DNA of 64,000 nucleotides from an uncultured bacterium (GCA_963845185.1 CAWJRG010000010.1:576001-640000); one strand, 5' to 3'; shown: positions 38,846 to 49,427, counted from the first letter of the stretch. A program made the numbers and translations. The notes: generated by a model not told the origin, from the sequence alone.

Positions 38846-39595
38846 TTATTTTGAAGCCGCGACGCAGGCTATTATCAATCCTATTAATGCTATGCCGCCT
38901 ACGGCAAGCACGGCGTAAGGTGATTTTGAAGCCTGCACAAAGACGTTGTCTTCGCCCTGGTCGTTTTTAAGGGAATTGATTTCTTTTTTCAGCCTGGCAA
39001 TTTCAATATCATTGTTGTTAATGCTTTTTTTCAGCACCCCGAGAATATCGTCCCAGCCCTGCATTTTATCCATTTTTTCCTTCAGGCTGTCCTGCATGTC
39101 TGTGAAATCATCCATGTATTTATCTGTTTTTTTCTTGTTCTCCGCATATCCGGAATTCAGGGTGCTTAAATCATCTTTCAATTTGCTCACATCATCCGCA
39201 ATATTTGCTATTTCTATCGTCTTCTCTTCAAGCCTTTTTAAATTATCCTGAATTTCATCTATTCTTTTGTTCAGTTCTTTTATTTGCTCGTCGGTAACAG
39301 CGTTGGTTTCTTGGTTTTTGGTTTTTACATCGGCAGCAGCATTGGTTTCCTGTTTCTTGGCTTTTACTTTTGTTTCCTTTTTTGCCTCGCCCGCAGTTGG
39401 GGTGACCTGGTTTCCGGCACCGCTTTCTCCTGTTCCGGCATTGTCACTGTCGTCGGATATTGCGTTTCCCTGTGCTTTAAGCGCCGCGTCTGCATCCGCG
39501 TCTTTTGCCGCAGGCGCAGCAAAACAGAAATTTACCTGGGCAAAAACAAAAATAATAATTAAAAGGTAAATAAAATTATTGGTTTTGTGTTTCAT
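38846..39595 (-). CDS. Exported coiled-coil protein with C-terminal membrane anchor
   Basis: Signal peptide, low-complexity linker, heptad region, terminal TM helix. Confidence 0.6.
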   Translation of the reverse strand: MKHKTNNFIYLLIIIFVFAQVNFCFAAPAAKDADADAALKAQGNAISDDSDNAGTGESGAGNQVTPTAGEAKKETKVKAKKQETNAAADVKTKNQETNAVTDEQIKELNKRIDEIQDNLKRLEEKTIEIANIADDVSKLKDDLSTLNSGYAENKKKTDKYMDDFTDMQDSLKEKMDKMQGWDDILGVLKKSINNNDIEIARLKKEINSLKNDQGEDNVFVQASKSPYAVLAVGGIALIGLIIACVAASK

Positions 39596-39866
39596 TTTTC
39601 TTTGCGACTTTTTCATATATGAAATCAAACAGCGAAACAAAGGTAAATCCCCCGCCGAATACCGCGAAAATAAATACAAATACATTTTCCATTACAGGGT
39701 CCATCTGGGCTCCGGTTGTAAAAAACACAATTATTGAGAGCAACACGAGAAACCCCCAAAAAAACAGGTTTATATAGAAATAGTCTTTAAGGGTAAAGTT
39801 TTCCTTATTGGCTTCTTCTTGTTTTTCTTTTTGGTCTCTTTGTTCCTTGTTTTTATTTTTCGCCAT
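39576..39866 (-). CDS. Small two-TM membrane protein
   Basis: Two hydrophobic stretches; GAGGTG RBS. Confidence 0.65.
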   Translation of the reverse strand: MAKNKNKEQRDQKEKQEEANKENFTLKDYFYINLFFWGFLVLLSIIVFFTTGAQMDPVMENVFVFIFAVFGGGFTFVSLFDFIYEKVAKKNETQNQ

Positions 39867-39970
39867 AATCCACCTCTTTATCTGCTAAGTATTGTTTATT
39901 AATTATCAAACATTTATTTGTATATTTTACTATCAACATTCAACAATCAACCATCAACATTTTTTATTTA

Positions 39971-41257
39971 TTATTCCCTGCCTATACCCGTGTATTCGAA
40001 TCCGGCTTTTTTAACATCCTTTGGCTCGTAAATGTTCCTGCCGTCGACTATTGCCGGGTTTTTCATGAGCTTTTTGATTTTTTTAAGGTCAAGCTCCTTA
40101 AACTCTTTCCACTCGGTCAAAACCACAAGACAATCCGAATCTTTAGCGGCCTCATAAGGGCTTTCCACATATTTTACTCCCTTTAACACCTTTTTTGCGT
40201 TTTCAACAGCCACCGGGTCGTAAGCTTTTATCCTGCACCCTTTTTCAAGCAGCGCCGCCATGACATCTATTGCCACAGCTTCCCTTATATCGTCGGTATC
40301 TGGCTTAAACGCGATCCCCAGTATCCCAACCTGCCTGCCCTCCAGTGTCCCCATGATATTTTTTATTTTATTAACGACTATTTTTCTCTGCTGTTTGTTT
40401 ACTTCCATGACAGCGCTCAGCAAAATCGGCTCGTAATCCTCATTCCTTGCCATGCACCTGAGGGCAGCGACGTCCTTGGGGAAACACGAACCGCCGTATC
40501 CTGCGCCGGCATTTAAAAACATTTTCCCTATTCTTTTGTCCAGCCCCATGCCGCTTGCTACCATCTCAACGTCGGCCCCCACCCTCTCGCAGATGTTCGC
40601 TATTTCGTTTATAAAAGAAATCTTCATAGCAAGGAAAGTATTAGAAGCGTGCTTTATCATTTCAGCGCTTCTTATGTCGGCTATTATTATTTTCGCGTTA
40701 AGCGGCTTGAATATTTCCGCTACTTTTTCCGCGGCTTCCTTCCGCTTTGCGCCGATAACAACCCTGTCAGGGTTCATAAAGTCATGTATAGCGCTTCCTT
40801 CCCTGAGGAACTCGGGACAGGAAGCAACATCAAATTTGTATTTCCCTTTTGAGTATTCGTCTATTATGCTTTCTACAATATCCCCCGATCCCACCGGAAC
40901 GGTTGATTTATCCACAATTATTTTGCTTGAGTTCATGTTTTTCCCAATCTCTTTGGCAACCGACTTGACGTAAGTCAGGTCCGCCTCGCCGGTTTCCGTG
41001 GGCGGCGTTCCAACTGCAATAAATATTATGTCTGATTTAACAACACCGTCCTTAAGGCTGGTAGTAAAAGTGAGCCTTTTTTTGTTTCTCTTCACAAGTT
41101 CTTCAAGCCCTGGCTCGTAAATAGGAAGTATATTTTTCTTTAAATTTTGTATTTTTTTCAGGTCAATATCTACGCATATCACATTGTTTCCCAGGTCAGC
41201 CATGCATGCGCCTGTAACCAGCCCAACATATCCTGTCCCTACTACACAAATGCTCAT
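39971..41257 (-). CDS. ugd: UDP-glucose 6-dehydrogenase
   Basis: GTGYVG, KSTVP, PEFLREG, GYGGSCFPKD, FKP.TDD.R. Confidence 0.95.
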   Translation of the reverse strand: MSICVVGTGYVGLVTGACMADLGNNVICVDIDLKKIQNLKKNILPIYEPGLEELVKRNKKRLTFTTSLKDGVVKSDIIFIAVGTPPTETGEADLTYVKSVAKEIGKNMNSSKIIVDKSTVPVGSGDIVESIIDEYSKGKYKFDVASCPEFLREGSAIHDFMNPDRVVIGAKRKEAAEKVAEIFKPLNAKIIIADIRSAEMIKHASNTFLAMKISFINEIANICERVGADVEMVASGMGLDKRIGKMFLNAGAGYGGSCFPKDVAALRCMARNEDYEPILLSAVMEVNKQQRKIVVNKIKNIMGTLEGRQVGILGIAFKPDTDDIREAVAIDVMAALLEKGCRIKAYDPVAVENAKKVLKGVKYVESPYEAAKDSDCLVVLTEWKEFKELDLKKIKKLMKNPAIVDGRNIYEPKDVKKAGFEYTGIGRE

Positions 41258-41427
41258 TTCTTAAATTACCTCCGTCTTAGATGAATGCGACCGGCACTTC
41301 ATACCGATAACAGCAAAAATATTATCATAATCCCGGCGTTTTTACAATTTAAAAGTATCCCCCTTATTTATTACGGTCAAAGTGGCAATATATCGCATTT
41401 TTATCGAGTAATTTTTAGTAAACTGCC

Positions 41428-41462
41428 AAAAATACAAAGCCCGGAGCTTGCGGCCCCGGGCT
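41428..41462 (-). terminator. Intrinsic terminator
   Basis: AGCCCGGGGC-CGCAA-GCTCCGGGCT stem followed by TTGTATTTTT on the minus strand. Confidence 0.7.
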
Positions 41463-41488
41463 CTTAAATATATATTAAACCAATTATG

Positions 41489-42817
41489 CTACTGTGTCTG
41501 GACAGGCTGGTTTGTCTGGTCTTCTTCAGAAGTTCCGGGATTATAAGGATTGCCATTGCTGTCAAACATATCAAAAGAACCGTCATTGAGCCTTAAGACC
41601 ATTTCAAGAGGCCTTCCGTTGTTTGAATTCGAAAACAATACATCCTGCACGCCTGAAGCAAGGTACACCGGGTTAAATGCCGGCGGGTTTGCCGTGTCAT
41701 ACAGGAAAGCATCCTGGGTATCAGCAATCACTTTTACTACCCGGGTATTATCCGGGCTTGTGAAAGTCTGCATATCGGTACTGTCCGGCACGGTCACTGC
41801 AACATTGTCCTCTGCCGAGTTGACCGGTATATAAAAGGCATTGTCATAACAGTACAGGTCCCCTACGTGATAAGGGTCCTGCCACCACCAGAAACCGTCG
41901 TTCCAGAAGCACCAGCGGTCGTAATCCGCATCATACCACCACCAGCGGTTGTTGAAATACCGTGTCCAGAAATAATTGCTGCCCACATACCAGCCGTACC
42001 AGTGGTAGCCCCAGTTGTCTATGTAGTGGCAATAATTGAAATTATCATCCTTATGCCAGTAGTAATGGCCTGTGTCTGTCTCGGTTTTATTAAATCCGTT
42101 AATCTTGCCCTGCCAGTCACTGCTACTAACCAGGGACATTTGTGTCCGGACAACGCTGTCGTTAAAATGCCTGTAAGAAACCGCTGCAACTTTAAGCGGC
42201 TGGTTGTCAACGCCTGTTTTTGGATAGCCGACTATTGAATGCTCCCTGTCTGTATGGATAACCTCTTCCCTGTTTGTAATATAACCCGGCTCTACTGTCA
42301 CTCCGAGTTTCTGCAATTTTTTACGCACATAATTCGGTTCATAAGGGTGATGGTGTATCACGCTTGTGGCTTTAATCCCTGAAGTATTGACAATCGGCAT
42401 TTGATTTATCACGCCGATATTTTTAATTTCATTTGGGTAATTGTTTACTTGAGGGGCCACGGCCTGCTGCTGTACCTGCGGTTTGGTCTGTACAGGCGGC
42501 TTGTTTTGGACAAAAGGTTTGGTCTCGTTTGCCGGCGGCAATTGCAGTCTGCTGTAAGTCAATGCCTGATTTTCCTGCTGCTGTACAGGCTGCTGTTGCT
42601 GCTGCGGCTGCTGCGATGGAAAATTCCGGTTATGCCCGCCGCTTGATGGGTGGCTTATATTAATTACCACCTGTTGGTGTATTGTGTTGGCCTGTACCGA
42701 GGGCGGGGGCGCTTCCTTTTTATCTTTATCTTCCTGCAAGTCGCGCTGGTCCCGTGCCATGACATACAAGGCAGATACCAAAATTACCGTTAGAACCAAT
42801 ATTGTCAAACGTTTCAT
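41489..42817 (-). CDS. Secreted protein with Q/P-rich linker and Trp/Tyr-rich domain
   Basis: Signal peptide, poly-Q region, YYWH...WGYHWYGW...WWWYD...WWWQD. Confidence 0.7.
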   Translation of the reverse strand: MKRLTILVLTVILVSALYVMARDQRDLQEDKDKKEAPPPSVQANTIHQQVVINISHPSSGGHNRNFPSQQPQQQQQPVQQQENQALTYSRLQLPPANETKPFVQNKPPVQTKPQVQQQAVAPQVNNYPNEIKNIGVINQMPIVNTSGIKATSVIHHHPYEPNYVRKKLQKLGVTVEPGYITNREEVIHTDREHSIVGYPKTGVDNQPLKVAAVSYRHFNDSVVRTQMSLVSSSDWQGKINGFNKTETDTGHYYWHKDDNFNYCHYIDNWGYHWYGWYVGSNYFWTRYFNNRWWWYDADYDRWCFWNDGFWWWQDPYHVGDLYCYDNAFYIPVNSAEDNVAVTVPDSTDMQTFTSPDNTRVVKVIADTQDAFLYDTANPPAFNPVYLASGVQDVLFSNSNNGRPLEMVLRLNDGSFDMFDSNGNPYNPGTSEEDQTNQPVQTQ

Positions 42818-42937
42818 GCTTTCACCTCGCTTAATTTTTATTTGGCTTCCCGCATTCAAAATATTAGACGATTAAATTCTTTATAAAGTTCATTCCCTAT
42901 TATTTAGTATTTATCAATAAATCCTTACAAATACTTC

Positions 42938-45233
42938 TTAAAACTCAGCCTCCAGCCCGAAATACATCAGCCTCGGCAAATTGTTGAGGATGCTTATAGT
43001 GCTGTAATCCGGTGAAAATATCAGCCCTTGCGGGTTTGCCCGGTTCAGCGCGTTAATTATTTCAAAATACAGGTTTAGTTTCCACCCCTCAAAGCGGAAT
43101 GAATAGTCCGTCCTCAGGTCAAAGCGCAGATAGTCATCGAGCCTCATATTATAAGTGTCTGAAAATTCAGGGTACCATATCCCGCCGTTTTGAAAACGGC
43201 CCATTAAACTCTGCTGAAGCGGGCCTGTGTTATAGCGCATTTTCCCGCTTATGCTCCATGCCGGAGTTATGTTATAACCCCCTACAAGGTTTACTATATT
43301 GGGCTGGTCATATTCATATAATGACCATAGCCCTGTATTAGGGTCAAGCCTCTGGGATTCCGACAAAGAATAGGATGCCCATGCAAAAAACCTGTCAGCG
43401 CGCTCCTGCAAAAAGAAATCCATTCCTTTTGCTATTCCAAAACCTTTATTGTTGTATGTTTCATTTGTATTAATGCTGGTAACGCTGGTTACAAGGTCAG
43501 TATATGTCTTGTAATAAACATCCATGCTGGCAATCAGGCTGTCTGAAAATTTCTTTTCCACGCCAAGCACCATGTGTTCGGCGATATTCGCGCTCAGGTT
43601 GGGATTTCCCAGTTCCGGGTTCAACTGCTCAGCGTTCGGGAACTGGCTGTAGTATCCCCACGCTGCTTTCCACTGCGTGCTGTCATCGTACTGGTATTCC
43701 AGCCGCATCCTTGGCATCACGGTGTCATGCGCCACGTCATCCCTCTTGTCATATCTCACACCAGGTATAAATGCCCATTGCTTGTTTATCTGGATTTTAT
43801 CCTGTAGGTAAACCCCGCGGTCATAAAGCGCGGAGGTTACAGTCACGCCGGTTAGGTCCGCATATGTTTCGGTGTTGGATGAATAATATTTAAAATTATA
43901 TTCGTTGTCGCTTTCGTCTATTATTCCCAGATTTCCGCCGAAGCCAATTTCATTTTTCATCCCGAGCAGCTCGCCGATGTCCCATACAGCCTCTTCTTTT
44001 ATCCCTAAATAATTTTCACCGGCAGTTTGGTCAGTCGCACCCGTGATATTTTTTTCTTCTGTCCAGTAATAATAAGGGGTCAGCGTCGATATTATTCCCT
44101 GCAAAGAAGTGTTTACCCAGCTCATGCCGCTTGTAAACCCGAAACTGTTAAAGCTGTAATTCCCGGCAAAAGCCGGGTTATTTACCTCATCCGCGGTCTG
44201 GTTCATGCTCATAAAATCGTCGCTGCTCTGCACCAGGCCCTTGAAATGGTTGTTCGGTCCAAGTGAAAAATCAAGCGTGCCTGCCACGTCCCAGAATGCC
44301 GGCACCACGGTAAACCCCATGCTGTCAAGGTATCCTTTAAGCAGCAGGTCTATGTAACTGCGCCTGCCTGCAGAGCGTGAAAGAAGCGTCGCCTATGCCA
44401 AGCGGCCCCTCAAGTAGTGCCTGTGACATTATCATGTTTATATCAGCTGTTACATGAAGCCTGTCCTTTCTGCCGGTTATTGTCTGGGCATTCAGGACAG
44501 ATCCCATGCAGTCGCCCCATTTGACTCCGAAACCCGCGGCATTCAGGTCAACTGAAGAAAGGAGGTCTGAATCCACGGTTGCCAGCATGCCGAAAAAATG
44601 GAACGGCGTGGGCCACGGTATATTGTTGAGAAGGTACAGGTTGTCATCAGGCCCGCCGCCCTGTACAACCAGCTGTCCGGAAAAGTCGTTCGGAGCTGCC
44701 ACTCCCGGCAGGCTTTGCACTGCCCTTAATGCGTCCCCGCCGTTGCCCGGAGTTTTCTTTATTTCCTCCTTGTTTACCGTGCTCTCGACTACATGGTCGG
44801 TATCTTTTTTCCCTTTTATGACAACCGCGTTCGAAGTAAAGTCCACTTTCTCAAGGTGTACGTCCAGCTCCAGGTCCTGCCCTGCCTTGACTGTAATATT
44901 TTTTGTCTTCTCCGCGTAACCGTCCGCTGTAAATACAAGCTTGCTGTCGCCTGCAGGAAGCTTAATTGCGTAGTGCCCTTTCGCGTCGCTTTCCGCTGTC
45001 AGGCTTGTCCCTTTTACCTGCACAAGCGCGTATTCCACAGTATCCGGCGAGCCCAGCTCAAACGTCCTGCCGTGGACACTGCCATATGCTGTCAGCGTGC
45101 CTGCTGCCGCATCTCCAGATACAGGGGTTATTGTGTTAGCGGCCGGGCCGTCTGCCGCGCGGATGCAAAAAGGCAGGCTGATAAGCCAGATGAATACTAT
45201 TGTTTTAAAAAATAATCCTGTATTTATTTTCAT
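42938..45233 (-). pseudogene. TonB-dependent receptor with a frameshift near 44372
   Basis: N-terminal Ig-like domain and plug (GDALRAVQSLPGV); barrel ending LEAEF; AGRRSYIDLL continues in the +1 frame. Confidence 0.85.
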
Positions 45234-45254
45234 TATTATCTCCAATTCATTAAA

Positions 45255-45375
45255 GTGGAACCCCGCCGACTGAAGTCGGCGGCTCCTCTAAAACCCACCG
45301 GAGGTTATAAAGAGTTCCCTCCGGAAAGGTATCATTCATCCCACCAACTGAAGTTGGGGGATTTCTTTCTGGATT
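45255..45375. mobile_element. Putative non-autonomous IS200/IS605-type palindromic element (PATE-like)
   Basis: Two related hairpins around a CTGAAG core at the ends, with an internal CCGGAGG/CCTCCGG stem. Confidence 0.55.
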
Positions 45376-45392
45376 AAATTTATCGGCATCTT

Positions 45393-47321
45393 CTACATGG
45401 GAAGACGCGCCAGGATCTGGTGGGCGACCGAGTTATCCGGTGAATCCTCCAGCACCCGTTCCATGCAAACCCTGGAAAAATCGTATTTCTTCATATAATA
45501 ATACATCGAGCCAAGGTTAACTTCAAACTCAAAATATTTCCCGCCTGTGTGGCGTATAGTTTCCAGGAACATGGCTTCAGCTGTCTCAAAATGGCTGTTG
45601 TAAAACTCGAACATGGCCATGGTGAACAGCCCGTCAGGATAGTCCTGCGTCCGGTAAAAGCCTTCCATCCATGTCTGGAAACCCGATGGAGAAAGCCTGA
45701 TGATCCGGTTGGCGTCATCTGCGATGCCAGTCGAGATTCCCCTTTCCTTCAACAAGGAGACGTCATCCAAAAACGGCACCTGTGGCGCGTAATCTTTCCT
45801 TAAATAAATTGCGAAATATTCGTCCAGATAAACCAGCCGCCAGTCAGTCATTTGCTTGAGAAAAAGGATCCATGTGGGAGCTGCAAAAGGGTTGAAAAAT
45901 ATAATGTCAGCCTTGTATTTTTCCGCCAGTTTCGCAAGCCCACCGGGATTAAATGAAGTCATGTATTCTTTAAAAAAGTCATCTCCCATGACCTCGGTAC
46001 GCCCGTCAATGAAAGTCTTTTGCGGCCCCTGCCAGTCCAGCCACCCGCCGGCATTCATCTGATTCAGGATAACCCCATTCAATTTGTCCTTAATGAGGAA
46101 GTCCACTGATTTTTGCGGCTGCTTTTCCAGGTCAATGCCTGCTCCAAAGCGGTCCTCCCTCCTGTCCGAGATGTAATAAGCATTAGTAATAACCCTTAAA
46201 CCAATTAATAAAATAAAAACACAAAGGAAAATCGGCACCCACTTCCTTACGGCAAGAAAATTTCCAGTTTTACGCCAGATTCCCCATTCCAAATCCTTCA
46301 GGCACTGTGCCATTATCGGAAGTGCCGCTATAAAAAAAAGCGGCACATTCTTGACTGCGGTGGCTGATAAATAAATAAAGGAAATTCCCAGGATAATTTC
46401 GTGTGCTTTTCGTTTTTTAAAAGTCGCGAGTATTAGAATCAGGCATATAACGCTGATGATTTTATAAGCGTTAAGCGCAATGCCCGGCGTAAAAAGATAA
46501 TAGCCGTTTGCATGCATGGCCCACGGCGACTGGAATTCGGCTATGTTTGCCTTGAGCACCGTGCCGTTCAGCCGGGTGAAAAGCTGCAAAGGGAAAAGCA
46601 CTCCCTTCAGAAAATACGGGTTCAGGAAGGAAGCTGCCGCGGATAATGCAGAATACTTCAACAGGCCTTTGTCCAGCCGCTTTTCATTGGCCCAGCCCGT
46701 CAAAAGAAAAGCTCCCATGGCAAGCCATCCTAAAATAAAAAGGCCGTGCATGTTGACCCAGGCCAGCTGGATCAATGGAAACAAAAAAAGAGGCATGGAT
46801 TTTTGCTTCAGCCGTTTTTCCAGCAGATAAAGCGTCAGGCCCAGCCAGAGATATGTGACGATTTCAGGCCGCACGATAAAGCGGGTTTCAGAGCCGAGTA
46901 TGGGGAAAAAAACAAGCGGGACTCCTATCCATAAAGGGATTCCGTTAAGCCGCAGCCTCAAGTGAAGGATGTAAAAAGCCAGAACCAAAAGCAAGGCGTT
47001 TGCCCAGGTTAAGATGGTATAACTTCCCAGCTTATAAAAAATATAAAGTATGATTTGATACAGCCAGTAAGTGTCCACGTAATCCCTGTTCACGGCAGTA
47101 TAAGTAAATGGGTCCTTAGCCGGGAAAGCGTGATGTTGAAGTATCCACTGCCCGCTTTTTAAATGATACCCAAGGTCAAAGTCTGAAATGAGACGGAGAG
47201 AAAAGATAAAAAGAAGTATAAAGCATGCAAAAAGCGGGAAAAACCATGGCCGTATTGTCCACCCTCTGCCAGCAGAGTCGGGTTTTTTGGGTAAAACGCT
47301 CGGGGGCGGAATGGTAGCCAA
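45393..47321 (-). CDS. Polytopic membrane protein (GT-C-like) with C-terminal TPR-like region
   Basis: DFDLGYHL.SG, RPE, W.N.HG, FIDGR; many TM helices; helical C-terminus. Confidence 0.6.
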   Translation of the reverse strand: MATIPPPSVLPKKPDSAGRGWTIRPWFFPLFACFILLFIFSLRLISDFDLGYHLKSGQWILQHHAFPAKDPFTYTAVNRDYVDTYWLYQIILYIFYKLGSYTILTWANALLLVLAFYILHLRLRLNGIPLWIGVPLVFFPILGSETRFIVRPEIVTYLWLGLTLYLLEKRLKQKSMPLFLFPLIQLAWVNMHGLFILGWLAMGAFLLTGWANEKRLDKGLLKYSALSAAASFLNPYFLKGVLFPLQLFTRLNGTVLKANIAEFQSPWAMHANGYYLFTPGIALNAYKIISVICLILILATFKKRKAHEIILGISFIYLSATAVKNVPLFFIAALPIMAQCLKDLEWGIWRKTGNFLAVRKWVPIFLCVFILLIGLRVITNAYYISDRREDRFGAGIDLEKQPQKSVDFLIKDKLNGVILNQMNAGGWLDWQGPQKTFIDGRTEVMGDDFFKEYMTSFNPGGLAKLAEKYKADIIFFNPFAAPTWILFLKQMTDWRLVYLDEYFAIYLRKDYAPQVPFLDDVSLLKERGISTGIADDANRIIRLSPSGFQTWMEGFYRTQDYPDGLFTMAMFEFYNSHFETAEAMFLETIRHTGGKYFEFEVNLGSMYYYMKKYDFSRVCMERVLEDSPDNSVAHQILARLPM

Positions 47322-47323
47322 AG

Positions 47324-48280
47324 TCAGTCATTCCTCGCAAAGCGGAATCCGAAATAATTACTGTATTTATAATATGGGTAGCCCAGGTAATTACTGTCGC
47401 GGAATCCGACCTGGGTATGTTCTGCGCCAAGGACACAGCTGCCGCCCCTCATCACACGGCAGGTTCCGCTTGCAGGTCCCCTGTAATTTGTGGATTCTTT
47501 AGCATGGTAGTTATCGTACCAGTCCCAGCACCATTCAAATACATTGCCTGACATATCATAGATGCCAAAAGCGTTTGCTGTTTTGCCGCCCACATCCTGC
47601 GTAGAACCGGAATTCGCGTTATACCACGCCACAAGCCCGGTTGCCGCTGCGTTGGTGTAATCTGCTGTCGCGCCGCTGGCATAATTATATGGCGTCCAGT
47701 TAGTACCGTTAATATAGCTTGCCGTGTACTGGTATTCCCCCTCGGTCGGGAGCCTGTACCCGTTGGCACTCCAGTTGGCATAAGGATTGTCGCTGCTGCC
47801 TGGTGTTGTATCCATATTTTCTCCATGCATTCCTGCAGAACTCTTGATCACTGCGGTAAAACCTGCGTCCGAATAATACACAGGTATCAGCCCGGATTTC
47901 TGGCTGTATGCATTGCACCACACTATGGCATCCCTCCAGTTCACTGTTGTAACAGGCTGGTATTGTGCTGCGGTCGGCGCTGCTCCGGCTTTCCCTTTAT
48001 TTCCCTCTGTGCCTGCATTTTGAAAAGCATAACCGTTGGCAATGGCCCACTGGTATACCATGTACCATAAATAATATGTCACAGGATATTTTCCTATTTT
48101 AAAAGAAGAGATTGTGTGGATGAAACTGATTGTTCCGTTGGTCTGGGTAAATGTGCCTCCGGGAACGGTTGCAAGCGCAGAAGAATCAACTGCCGTGGTT
48201 GCTGTTTTTTTACTGCAATTTGTAATAAGAATGAATGCAGCAATAACTATTAAAACAAAAAGAAATACTGCTTTTTTCAT
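47324..48280 (-). CDS. FGE-sulfatase/SUMF1-family (C-type lectin fold) exported protein
   Basis: PV..VNW.DAI.WCN, RLPTEGE, DMSGNV.EWCWD, RGGS, GFR. Confidence 0.88.
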   Translation of the reverse strand: MKKAVFLFVLIVIAAFILITNCSKKTATTAVDSSALATVPGGTFTQTNGTISFIHTISSFKIGKYPVTYYLWYMVYQWAIANGYAFQNAGTEGNKGKAGAAPTAAQYQPVTTVNWRDAIVWCNAYSQKSGLIPVYYSDAGFTAVIKSSAGMHGENMDTTPGSSDNPYANWSANGYRLPTEGEYQYTASYINGTNWTPYNYASGATADYTNAAATGLVAWYNANSGSTQDVGGKTANAFGIYDMSGNVFEWCWDWYDNYHAKESTNYRGPASGTCRVMRGGSCVLGAEHTQVGFRDSNYLGYPYYKYSNYFGFRFARND

Positions 48281-48503
48281 TTCTATTACTCCCTATGATA
48301 GCGTTTGTTTTATTGAGCCGTCAACAGGCAATGACAAAGCACAAAGTACTAATAAATCATATATCCACCCTGTGTATTTTGTCAATCTTCAAATTTTCCG
48401 GACTTTTAGCGTAAGGCAAGTGAATGAGTGGGATAGAAAATAGAGGGTTTTAAAGCAGCACAACTGTGTTCAATGGCCTGCCGGCGCCTGTTATTCAGTA
48501 CTA

Positions 48504-49427
48504 TTATTGATTTGTTTGTCCTGGTCTTATTGTGTCAGTCGCGCCTTTTAGCATCCGGCCAAGAACGCCCAAATATTCTTTTAAATTAATATAAACCGAT
48601 TTTTCAGGCAAAGCAATTTCATGGGGAAAAGGCCTTGAATAAACCGAAGTCAGGGTGTGGTGCAGGACATGTTCCCTCGAATCGCCGTGCGTAAAGAACA
48701 GGAACAATTTTTCCGGCCATGCCGTATCCTTAAGGTTCCGCGCCCAGATATTTCTCTGGTCAAAGCTTCCGTCAACTATCAGGTTGCCGTGCTCTATCAT
48801 CTGCGAATGGTGTATTATAAAACTGTTCAGCCATATGCTGGCGATAAACGGGATTATTACCTGTTTCGCGCTCACTCCGAATGCCAGGTGCGATAATAAC
48901 CCTATACCTGCCAGGAATATTACTATGAATAAAAGCGATAGCAAAGCTTTCCATGCCTTGAATTTTTTCCCGTGCACAGGATGGCCAGGCATGACAAACT
49001 GGGCAAGGAGCGAAATAAAAATAATGCCTATGAATATCTCAAAAAAATTATAAACAGCCCTCAGGAACCTGTTTTTTATTTCGCCTACGGGGTGGAACTC
49101 TGTGTCATCCCATGTATGCACCTTTGAATGATGGAACCCGTGCACCGCGCGGTAAACCTGCGGGTCAGTGATGAGCATCCATGCGTACAGGTTATAAAAC
49201 AGGCCGTTCGGTACATTGGGCACGTATTTGTGCCATGTTTCATGCATCATGTAGCCTGCCCACGTAAAAAGGTATATACCCGGAAATACCATATACAGTA
49301 TAGACCAGTAGCCTGCTTTCGCGCACACCGCAGGCAGGAAAAACAAATAAGCAGGCCAGGCAAAAAGCACAAAATAAAATTTCCACGCCTGCGACCTTAT
49401 CCTTGCTTCAGTTATTGTATTTTCCAT
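48504..49427 (-). CDS. Membrane fatty-acid-desaturase family protein
   Basis: His boxes HETWH, HGFHH, HVLHH. Confidence 0.75.
   Translation of the reverse strand: MENTITEARIRSQAWKFYFVLFAWPAYLFFLPAVCAKAGYWSILYMVFPGIYLFTWAGYMMHETWHKYVPNVPNGLFYNLYAWMLITDPQVYRAVHGFHHSKVHTWDDTEFHPVGEIKNRFLRAVYNFFEIFIGIIFISLLAQFVMPGHPVHGKKFKAWKALLSLLFIVIFLAGIGLLSHLAFGVSAKQVIIPFIASIWLNSFIIHHSQMIEHGNLIVDGSFDQRNIWARNLKDTAWPEKLFLFFTHGDSREHVLHHTLTSVYSRPFPHEIALPEKSVYINLKEYLGVLGRMLKGATDTIRPGQTNQ

Noticed and set aside
47324..47460. FGE/CLec C-terminus (Tyr-rich, RGGS...GFR) as a DGR variable region
   Set aside because: No reverse transcriptase and no template-repeat copy seen in the window; a remote DGR cannot be excluded.
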